Source: Candidatus Aenigmatarchaeota archaeon (lineage in GTDB: Archaea > Aenigmatarchaeota > Aenigmatarchaeia > JACPZZ01). From it: DNA of 64,000 nt. This document shows, in pieces, positions 56,435-64,000 of this stretch. The DNA lies in NCBI GenBank assembly GCA_043801595.1, contig JAZDLW010000028.1:1336-65335 (forward strand), written 5' to 3'. Position 1 is the stretch's first letter. Every line of letters begins with the position of its first letter. The notes under the pieces were generated by a model. The model searched no databases. It was given only the letters and a program-made list of their open reading frames with translations, and was not told the origin of the DNA. Both the position numbers and the translations under genes were made by a program.

Positions 56435-58942
56435 ATGCGTGTATCGGTGATTGTTACAGCGTTTGTGATTTTTGCTTTTCTTTCGAATTATGCTTTTGCG
56501 TACGAGACTTCAAATTCTAGTTCTTATTGCAGCCTTGATGCTCCGAAGGGCGGTTTGCAGAATTTGACTTGTGTTAATGAAACGGATTTTCATATATTGG
56601 GCGGCAGCACATCGCCTGATACTTGTACTCCTTTGAACAATTGTTTTTGCAGTTCTCCGTTTGATTGTTATTACTGGCATCCGTTGTACATGGATATACC
56701 AAACAATTACAGCGGTGTTGTGGTAGATTTATGGGTGGATGTCGGCATCAGGCATAATTGTGCCGGTGATTTGAATGTGGATTTGTTATCGCCCAATAAG
56801 ACCAGGGTTCGTTTGAGTAAGGCGAATATCACATATTGGGGAAGTTTTTGTCCTACCCAGCAATTTCCACACGATCCGTTAAGATCTACTCCTTACACAC
56901 CCATCTGGATTGATAACGGTACCAGTTTGCCATCGCCTTGGCTCGATTACGTAATTAACGGGACGAACGATTTCAACGGCACTCTTGATTCGTTTAGAGG
57001 TGACAGGGTTAATGGTGAATGGTATTTGAATATCTCTGATCAAGTTAGCGGTGGAGATGCGAGTATAGGCAATGTCAGCTTCTGGGCGATTACAATAACC
57101 ATGAACCTCTCCGCCGAAACAATCCCGCCAACGTATTCCGAAAACATCACAAACGCTGTCAGCGTATACGACCCGAATGCGCTGAGCAATTTTTCTGTGA
57201 GATGGATTGACAACGTAAATGATATCGAAAGCGTTTATATCGAAAACAATTTCAGCGGTTCGGTTCGCAATGATACGATGAGCGGAACGGAAATCAATGA
57301 TAATGATTTTATCTTCAATTACAGCTTGGTTTTGCCTGCGGGAAATTCCAGTTATAGGTATTACGGCAAAGATGCGGCTGGGAATTGGAATGCAAGTGAT
57401 GTGTATGATGTTAGTGTTGGCAAGAACAATATGACTTATACCGTAAATTTCAATAAAAAGAAACCATCTAACCCCGTATCTTATACTTACGGTTCCGTTT
57501 CAAATGTGACCGTTTTCAAATCTGTACTTGAAAGTGTGTTGTTCCTGTTTTTTAACAGCAGCGGAATTTGGCAATCGGTCGGATCGGGTTCAACGGTTTC
57601 GCATATAACAACTCTTCCGGCAGGTTTCAGTAATTATAAATTCGTGTTCAATGAAACACAAAATTATTCTTACAACGAGTCGGGCCTTCAATTTAGTATA
57701 TCAAGAAATTCTGCGACATTGTCTGTGAATTATACGTCCAATAATATTACCTACGGTACGCCGATTACATTGCAATGTAATGTGACTAGGGGCGATTCGT
57801 CAGCAATTTTAACTCTGTTTAGAGACGGTGGTGTCGCTTCGGTTGGCCAAGGAAATCTGTCCGTGTCGGGCATATTTTCCGCTGGAGCGCATAACGGGAC
57901 TTGCAGTTACTCCGAAACGCAAAACTTTTCCACGACCAGCGGTTCGGAGGATTCGTTAGCTGTTCAGACTGTTACTCCTGTGTTAAATTTAACATTGAAT
58001 AACACCGAGTCTAATTTGACAATTGCAAGATGTGGCATCGTTAATGTTACCACATGGACGGATACGGAACAAGGTTATATCGTTGTCTATGCGCAAAATG
58101 ATACTCACATTATCAACCCTGTTAACGGCTCAAAAAACGCTACGTATCTGTCGCTTGTCTGCGAGCAGTCTGGGTTGAATTTCACAGCTCATTATTCATC
58201 TAGCCAAAATTATTCTTCGGCGGTTAAAACATATTTCGTGTTCATAGATTCTACAAAGCCGAAATTTAGCAATAATCGCAGCGATATCCAATCTTCCGCA
58301 TTGTCGAACAATTTCAGCGTCAATTTTACAATAGAATGGAATGACAATTTTGGAATAAGTTCGGTGTTTTTGGAGAATGATTTCAACGGTTCGATGCGCA
58401 ACGAAACAATGGACGGTTCTGTTTTTTACTATTACAATACATCCGTTCCGACAGGATCGTATGCGTACCGTTTCCTTGCAAACGATACGTCTGATCTGTG
58501 GAATTCTACGGATTATTTCATATTTTCCGTGTCGTTTTCATTGCCTACGACAACATTGCCAAGTGGTTGCATCAGCGGCTGCGGCGGAGGGGGCGGAGGA
58601 AACTCGGGCATTACGACAACCACCACGACAACTACGACAACCACGACTACAACGACTACAATCCCAACCACGACAACGGCTATAACGCAATCAATCGTGC
58701 CTGTGGTTATCGCAGTTTGGCTCGGCCCGATCAACAGTGAGATCGTGAACAGTATAACAAACACTACGAAACCAGGCTCTGAGACGATTACTGGCAGGCC
58801 TTTTACTGTCCGTAACCCTGCGGCTTTGGTTGTGGTGTCGATTGCGGTTTTAATAATAGCGGCTTGGAACTATGTTCCGGGCAAAATCGGCCTGAAAAAG
58901 CTGGTTAAGATACTATCCAAGCTGCTCAAGTTCGGTCGTTAG
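56435..58942 (+). CDS. Surface glycoprotein with proprotein-convertase P-domain, Ig-like repeats, Gly/Thr-rich stalk and C-terminal TM
   Basis: V.V.IRHNCAGDLNVDLLSP...LDSFRG...NGEWYLNISD; many N-x-S/T sequons; GGGGGG then a poly-Thr run at about 58612-58680. Confidence 0.82.
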   Translation: MRVSVIVTAFVIFAFLSNYAFAYETSNSSSYCSLDAPKGGLQNLTCVNETDFHILGGSTSPDTCTPLNNCFCSSPFDCYYWHPLYMDIPNNYSGVVVDLWVDVGIRHNCAGDLNVDLLSPNKTRVRLSKANITYWGSFCPTQQFPHDPLRSTPYTPIWIDNGTSLPSPWLDYVINGTNDFNGTLDSFRGDRVNGEWYLNISDQVSGGDASIGNVSFWAITITMNLSAETIPPTYSENITNAVSVYDPNALSNFSVRWIDNVNDIESVYIENNFSGSVRNDTMSGTEINDNDFIFNYSLVLPAGNSSYRYYGKDAAGNWNASDVYDVSVGKNNMTYTVNFNKKKPSNPVSYTYGSVSNVTVFKSVLESVLFLFFNSSGIWQSVGSGSTVSHITTLPAGFSNYKFVFNETQNYSYNESGLQFSISRNSATLSVNYTSNNITYGTPITLQCNVTRGDSSAILTLFRDGGVASVGQGNLSVSGIFSAGAHNGTCSYSETQNFSTTSGSEDSLAVQTVTPVLNLTLNNTESNLTIARCGIVNVTTWTDTEQGYIVVYAQNDTHIINPVNGSKNATYLSLVCEQSGLNFTAHYSSSQNYSSAVKTYFVFIDSTKPKFSNNRSDIQSSALSNNFSVNFTIEWNDNFGISSVFLENDFNGSMRNETMDGSVFYYYNTSVPTGSYAYRFLANDTSDLWNSTDYFIFSVSFSLPTTTLPSGCISGCGGGGGGNSGITTTTTTTTTTTTTTTTIPTTTTAITQSIVPVVIAVWLGPINSEIVNSITNTTKPGSETITGRPFTVRNPAALVVVSIAVLIIAAWNYVPGKIGLKKLVKILSKLLKFGR

Positions 58943-58992
58943 ACTACAATCTACCGAATCATATATATTAGATATTTTACAAAGAATATTGT

Positions 58993-59655
58993 ATGAATGC
59001 GAAGGCGTTGAACGCTGACAGGGTATTTTTAGCCGGTTACGAATTCAATACCAAGATTGCCGTGGTTTTGTCGGTTTTTGTGATTTTGATCGCCGGCATC
59101 GTATTTTTTGTTCTCTCTTCAACGAATACAACAGATAGACAAGGACTAGTGGAACATCCTTCAACTGTACAAGCGACTGTTGTAAATTCCGAAGGCTTAT
59201 CCGTTTTCGACCAGATTTCATGCGGTACATTATTGTCTACGATGACGGTGAATATTTCCAATGCGCCCGTTTCCATGTATCTGGCCGGTTATAACATTGA
59301 CGGCTCTTCCGGAGATTCGGTGAAATGGAACGCAACCAGCCAGCCATCAGTTAACTTTTCCCTGTCCGGACTTCCCAACATTTTTTATGTGAGTTCAGTT
59401 AACGAATTCGAAGGTTGCGGGACAAACAGGGAAATAACGGATAAGGACAAAATCAATTCTATTGAGCCTTCGCTTAAGTTCTCAAATTGCAGCGGAAAAC
59501 AAGCATCTTTCAACCAGAGAACTTTGGAGCTGTATTCGATTTTTGATATGTACGCGATAAATTCCGAGAACTCGTTACAGTATGTTACGATGATTATGTC
59601 GAAGAATTATAGCATGGAAGACAATATCTTACAGTCAATCGGTTGTTCAGCATGA
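58993..59655 (+). CDS. Hypothetical membrane-anchored exported protein
   Basis: TM IAVVLSVFVILIAGIVFFVL; four Cys; ATGA overlap with the next gene. Confidence 0.7.
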   Translation: MNAKALNADRVFLAGYEFNTKIAVVLSVFVILIAGIVFFVLSSTNTTDRQGLVEHPSTVQATVVNSEGLSVFDQISCGTLLSTMTVNISNAPVSMYLAGYNIDGSSGDSVKWNATSQPSVNFSLSGLPNIFYVSSVNEFEGCGTNREITDKDKINSIEPSLKFSNCSGKQASFNQRTLELYSIFDMYAINSENSLQYVTMIMSKNYSMEDNILQSIGCSA

Positions 59656-62600
59656 ATTCGAGACACGTAAAAAATTTGTTGGTAACGGTTTTTGTTTACG
59701 CGTTGTTCTTTATACACCTTCCTGTTTTTTCGTTGGCGTGCTCTGATTCTTATGCGAATCTTTACACTCTCGCCTGCCCCGCGACTGCCGCTCCGAGTAC
59801 TGTTATCGATATTACATTCTACATTGACAAGACTGGTGATGGTAGTGGAGGCGGCTATAAATACGAATGGAGGTCGCTGTGGCGGGGTGCAACAAAACTG
59901 GAGGCGTATGGTACTGATCTCGGCGACTGCAGTACGACTTCGCCTACTTCGTGGAGGGCAGTAAATCCAACAACACCTTCTGCGATGGGACCGTACACAT
60001 ACACGATAAAGTCTTATGCCTCCACGTCTACAACCGAACCTAACTGGGCCTCTGTAACGCTGGATGACACAAAAAGTTGTATTGTCACTGTTGTTCCGAC
60101 TGTTTCAATTTCCGCCGGCTCCACTTCGCTGGAAACTGGGTCGTCTACGACATTGACAGCGACCGCTAGCCAAACGGTAACGGATACACTATATTACATA
60201 AAGATATACGAAGGCACCACCCAGCTTACAAGTTGTACTAGTGGATCTACCTGTTCTGTTTCTGTTTCGTCCTCAACTGCGATCACAAGAACGTTTGTGG
60301 CAAAAGTAACCGGGGCTGGCGGGACGCCCGTGTTGGCAACAAGCAGTACGGTTTCGGTTACTTGGACCGCACCAGCCTGCACGCCCAGCTGGTCTTGTAC
60401 TGTATGGACACCAGCAGAATCCGGTTACGCCTGCGGTACAGATGTCGCACAAACCAGAACATGCACAGATGCGAACAGCTGCGGTACGACTTCAGGAAAA
60501 CCGAAAGAGTCGCAAACAATTAAAGGTACTTTAGCCAGCTGGTCGTATGGCACATGGACACCAGCAGCATCCGGTTACGCCTGCGGTACAGATGTTGCAC
60601 AAACCAGGACGTGCACAGATGCGAACAGCTGCGGGTATGCTTGTCCTGATATCACATCGCGAACCGTGACCGGTACTTATTGCGCGTATTCCGCTCAAGG
60701 ACAGGCATGTTCAGGTTCTTGTACGCCTCCGAACACAGCGTATTGCGGGGGTGCGTCAAATTTAGGAAATATCGGGGCAGGCGGCAGTTTATCCGGATCG
60801 CCGATCTTAAGCGCGGCAATACCTGATCGATGGTATTATTTTTACGCGACAGGCAATCAACTGTTAACAATGACTTTGACATCGCCGAGCAGTTCAGATT
60901 ATGACGGTTACATATATTCCGGTAGTTGCGACTCCTTGTCGATGCTATCATTTTGTATCGATGACACGTCTCCGGAAACCTGCACGTTCACACCGTCTGC
61001 GAGCACCTATTACTTTGCCAGAGTTCACAGGGTCAGCGGTTCTGGTACAGGATCGTTTTCTTTGGTAATGGCAGCGGCTGATACGACTCCTCCGGTAAGA
61101 AGCGCAGGCGCGCCATCCGGAACGGTTACGGGTTCTTCGCAGACTTTATCATTGACAACGGCGGACGAAGCAGCGACATGCAGATGGTCGCAAACATCAG
61201 GAATAACATACGACAATATGGTGTCCACGAATAATCCTCCGGGTTACACTTTCACAACAACCGGTTCCACGTCGCATTCCTCAACCATTTCAACAACGTC
61301 AACCGGCACATATGATTTTTATGTTAGATGCAAAGACGGCGCTGCTACGCCAAACAAGAACACAGATGATTATCATATTCAGTTTGTAGTTGATTTTCCG
61401 CCAACAGCTTCGTTGTCTCTGAGCAAAAATACGCCGATCGCACTGGGTAATTCCATTATTTTATCGACATCAGCGACCGATGACTACGGCGTTGCCAAGA
61501 TCTATTTTTATGATCCCGATAACACGGTCACGACCGGAGATCCTGAAACTACCGATATCGCCAATTGGCACATGCTAACGTGCACCAACAGCCCGACAAG
61601 TTGCACAAAAACGTGGACTGTGACACCGACTGCGGGCTCTAAAACTTACAAAACAAAGGCGAAAGACACCAACAATGTGTTGACGTCCGAAAGCACCGCA
61701 GCGATGAGTGTCGTAGATGCATGCGCAAACTGGGTCTGTCCGGCATTATCAGCGGGCGACAAAACAACAGGCTTGCCGACAATATCAAGTGCGCAGTATG
61801 TTAATTATGTTGATTGCACAACCACATGCACATGCCCGACGGGTTACAAAATAGAAGTCACTGCAACAGGCAAAACAGAAGAAGGTTACGATTATTTCTC
61901 GCTTGTGGGAGAATGCGCGGGCAAATACACCTCTGATTCGGGTACTTTCAATTATTTGTATAAGGGTTGCGGCACGCAAAGCGCTGGCTTGAGATTCACC
62001 AGCGATCTTTCCACATCCGGTTCGGATATTACGGGAAGCGGTGTAAGCGCGACAAAATTATCGTGTATTATATCCGATACAACTCCGCCGACAATAACCG
62101 CGAGTTCGCCTTCCAACTCCGTTTCGAATCCAGTGACCATGACTGTAACAACGGACGAAGGAGCAACGTGCAAATATTCGGCAGCGCAAAATACATTATA
62201 CAAAGATATGAATGGCGTGTTCACGACAGCCAGTCCTTATACATCACATTCAGTGTCATTTGGAACAATGACCACGGGCGCCAAAAATGTTTATGTGAGA
62301 TGCCAGGATAGGTCCTCGGCGCTAAATACGATGGAAAGCGATTACAAGGTTTCGTTTACAGTTATAGGCGCACCCACGCTCGATTCGCCTTCTGACGGCG
62401 GAATCGTAACGACATTGACGCCGACATTGAGCTGGTATGCCGCAGCCAGCGTGAATTGTTACGATTTGCAGATTTACGACGGAGCGACAAAGATCTACGA
62501 CGGCTCGGCAAAGAACCCGCAGGAATTCGTGTCCGACCCTCCTGGCCCGCTTTCTTACAATGTTCCTTCCAGCCTGCTTTCATGGCAAAAAACATACACG

Positions 62601-64000
62601 TGGAAATTGTGGCCGTCCGCCACTTCATGCACGAGTTGGGGGTCGGTTGGTCCGGATTGGACGTTCAACACGAGACTTCCGGCGCCCGCATTAACAGCTC
62701 CGTCAGACACAGCGAGTGTAACTGAAACGCCGACATTGCAATGGGACAGGTCCGGAGATGCGAACTGTTACAAAGTTGAAATAGACCGTCCGGGAACAAC
62801 GCAATACACCGCTACCAAATCTAGTAGCGGTGTCACAGTTTCGTACACAGTGCCGTCCGGAACATTGACGCAGGGACAGACATACACGTGGAGGATAAAA
62901 CCGTCGAATGACAATTGCGCTGCGTACGGAACAACTAGCAATGAGAGAACATTCAGCGTTGGAGCTGCATGCACGGACGTAAACAACCCGTGCGACATTC
63001 CGTTAACACTTGTAGGCACCAGCGGTGGCCACGGAGTTTACAATGGCGGTGGATGCCAGAACCCGCCACAGAGCTGCATCAAGAGTCTAATCAGTCCAAG
63101 TTGGGGTTATTGGAAATTTACGATGCCTGTACAGTATGGATCTGATCCGTCTTATCAGACTAACCTTATTGGATGGAGAGACAGTACTGCGTTGACTGGA
63201 AGCGTAAAGATAGGAACGACGCCGGGTGGTAATGACGTCTGTGACTGGTTCCCTATTTGCACAACCAGTGAAATATTGTGCCAAGGAACCAAATGCTACA
63301 AGGGACTGGATCCGGGAAAGACGTATTATGCGACGATTGGAGGAACGAGCGGAAGTGCACAGGCGTGGGTTAGCGTAGCTGCAACATCGAGTAGCTGCGG
63401 CGTCCTAACACCTTTTACAGACGCTATAACAGTGGGTGCATGCAGCACAACCTTGAAGTATTACGCCTACGATTTGAATGACGAGACCACGCCCGGAGAT
63501 TTAGGCGCCGGGCGATACAAGGATCTCGGATTATCGGGAACAAGCAGAACTATAGAATTTGACGATGCGCCTAGTGGCGGGTGTGATATGGATGTGAAAT
63601 TCAAAGAGACTTGGTCTGTATCAGGAAACACAATAACAATGAAGAACGAGATCTCGGATTACGGTGCGAGCCATGTGATTTATGCGGGTTACCAGCTAAG
63701 CAGTAGCAACTGCAAAATAATATCATGTACGCCGATAAGTCTGGGAGGTTGCGCTGAAAGCGTGTTCGCACGTGAGAAAATAGTAGGAGTGGGAACACAA
63801 TCCGTAACACATGTGCTTGATGGAATGGCATACGATGATGTGCGTTCAATACGCAATTACGAGACCGATCAACTGAATCTCGTAGAATGCCTGCCCGATG
63901 AAAACACAAACGCTGCAGGCTACAACAATTTCTGCGTTTCGAAAGATTCGTCGAAGCCGTACTGCGATCCAACTATTAAGAAATGCGAGGCGTGTTCGAT
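59652..64000 (+). CDS. Giant Cys/Thr-rich adhesin-like protein, 3'-partial (at least 1449 aa): TSP1-like repeats, PPC-like domain, DTTPP Ig-like and FN3-like repeats
   Basis: Hand translation from ATG 59652 (MNSRHVKNLLVTVFVYALFFIHLPVFSLAC...) is stop-free to about 61230. The same frame reads YCDPTIKKCEACS at the window end. Its absence from the ORF track fits a frame with no stop codon inside the window. Confidence 0.88.
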   Translation, partial: MNSRHVKNLLVTVFVYALFFIHLPVFSLACSDSYANLYTLACPATAAPSTVIDITFYIDKTGDGSGGGYKYEWRSLWRGATKLEAYGTDLGDCSTTSPTSWRAVNPTTPSAMGPYTYTIKSYASTSTTEPNWASVTLDDTKSCIVTVVPTVSISAGSTSLETGSSTTLTATASQTVTDTLYYIKIYEGTTQLTSCTSGSTCSVSVSSSTAITRTFVAKVTGAGGTPVLATSSTVSVTWTAPACTPSWSCTVWTPAESGYACGTDVAQTRTCTDANSCGTTSGKPKESQTIKGTLASWSYGTWTPAASGYACGTDVAQTRTCTDANSCGYACPDITSRTVTGTYCAYSAQGQACSGSCTPPNTAYCGGASNLGNIGAGGSLSGSPILSAAIPDRWYYFYATGNQLLTMTLTSPSSSDYDGYIYSGSCDSLSMLSFCIDDTSPETCTFTPSASTYYFARVHRVSGSGTGSFSLVMAAADTTPPVRSAGAPSGTVTGSSQTLSLTTADEAATCRWSQTSGITYDNMVSTNNPPGYTFTTTGSTSHSSTISTTSTGTYDFYVRCKDGAATPNKNTDDYHIQFVVDFPPTASLSLSKNTPIALGNSIILSTSATDDYGVAKIYFYDPDNTVTTGDPETTDIANWHMLTCTNSPTSCTKTWTVTPTAGSKTYKTKAKDTNNVLTSESTAAMSVVDACANWVCPALSAGDKTTGLPTISSAQYVNYVDCTTTCTCPTGYKIEVTATGKTEEGYDYFSLVGECAGKYTSDSGTFNYLYKGCGTQSAGLRFTSDLSTSGSDITGSGVSATKLSCIISDTTPPTITASSPSNSVSNPVTMTVTTDEGATCKYSAAQNTLYKDMNGVFTTASPYTSHSVSFGTMTTGAKNVYVRCQDRSSALNTMESDYKVSFTVIGAPTLDSPSDGGIVTTLTPTLSWYAAASVNCYDLQIYDGATKIYDGSAKNPQEFVSDPPGPLSYNVPSSLLSWQKTYTWKLWPSATSCTSWGSVGPDWTFNTRLPAPALTAPSDTASVTETPTLQWDRSGDANCYKVEIDRPGTTQYTATKSSSGVTVSYTVPSGTLTQGQTYTWRIKPSNDNCAAYGTTSNERTFSVGAACTDVNNPCDIPLTLVGTSGGHGVYNGGGCQNPPQSCIKSLISPSWGYWKFTMPVQYGSDPSYQTNLIGWRDSTALTGSVKIGTTPGGNDVCDWFPICTTSEILCQGTKCYKGLDPGKTYYATIGGTSGSAQAWVSVAATSSSCGVLTPFTDAITVGACSTTLKYYAYDLNDETTPGDLGAGRYKDLGLSGTSRTIEFDDAPSGGCDMDVKFKETWSVSGNTITMKNEISDYGASHVIYAGYQLSSSNCKIISCTPISLGGCAESVFAREKIVGVGTQSVTHVLDGMAYDDVRSIRNYETDQLNLVECLPDENTNAAGYNNFCVSKDSSKPYCDPTIKKCEACS
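60405..60635 (+). repeat. Two near-identical copies of an 81-bp unit, 150 bp apart, encoding WTPA.SGYACGTDVAQTRTCTDANSCG
   Basis: 60405-60485 versus 60555-60635, few substitutions. Confidence 0.9.

Noticed and set aside
60405-60635. Repeat pair as the template/variable repeats of a diversity-generating retroelement
   Set aside because: Both copies are in frame in one gene, they differ at only a few mostly synonymous sites, and there is no reverse transcriptase in the window.
356-63972. Many antisense or alternate-frame ORFs in the track (e.g. 8514-9191, 28828-29526, 44447-44953, 4708-5232)
   Set aside because: They lie opposite or inside well-supported genes and show no motifs; treated as shadow ORFs.

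Overview
This is a 64 kb piece of an archaeal chromosome. Evidence: rps6e, aIF2-gamma, aIF5B, Rpo7, Spt4, rps24e, rps27ae, rpl40e, Cdc6/Orc1, RFC-S, Rio2, a class III pilin and BHB-type tRNA introns. A DPANN-like host-associated lineage is inferred from orphan biosynthetic genes and very large surface proteins; this is not proven. Both ends carry giant surface-protein loci that run off the window. The left one is a 20-aa tandem-repeat protein with PGF-pre-PGF-like domains, near an exported protein resembling a phage tail structural domain. The right one is pilin, then a P-domain protein, then a Cys-rich adhesin of over 1400 aa with thrombospondin-like repeats, which the ORF track misses. The middle holds a fragmented ndk-infB-rps6e-eif2g-PIN-rpoE-spt4-rps24e-rps27ae cluster, the classical mevalonate lower pathway (MVK, PMK, MVD), two P-type ATPases, a K+-independent H+-PPase, two MinD paralogues, a KaiC-like ATPase, a solo Cas4-like nuclease and several enzyme-fold proteins with altered active sites. 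Three intron-containing tRNA genes were read by hand: Thr-GGT (intron at 30/31, overlapped by a free-standing LAGLIDADG ORF), Pro-TGG (37/38) and Tyr-GTA (37/38 plus a 92-nt T-loop intron at 59/60). The most notable signal is that two of these introns contain the same hairpin plus AAGCGAAAAG-like unit found as a dispersed intergenic palindrome. This suggests a small mobile repeat family that becomes BHB introns when it lands in tRNAs. All calls come from motif reading only; no searches were run.
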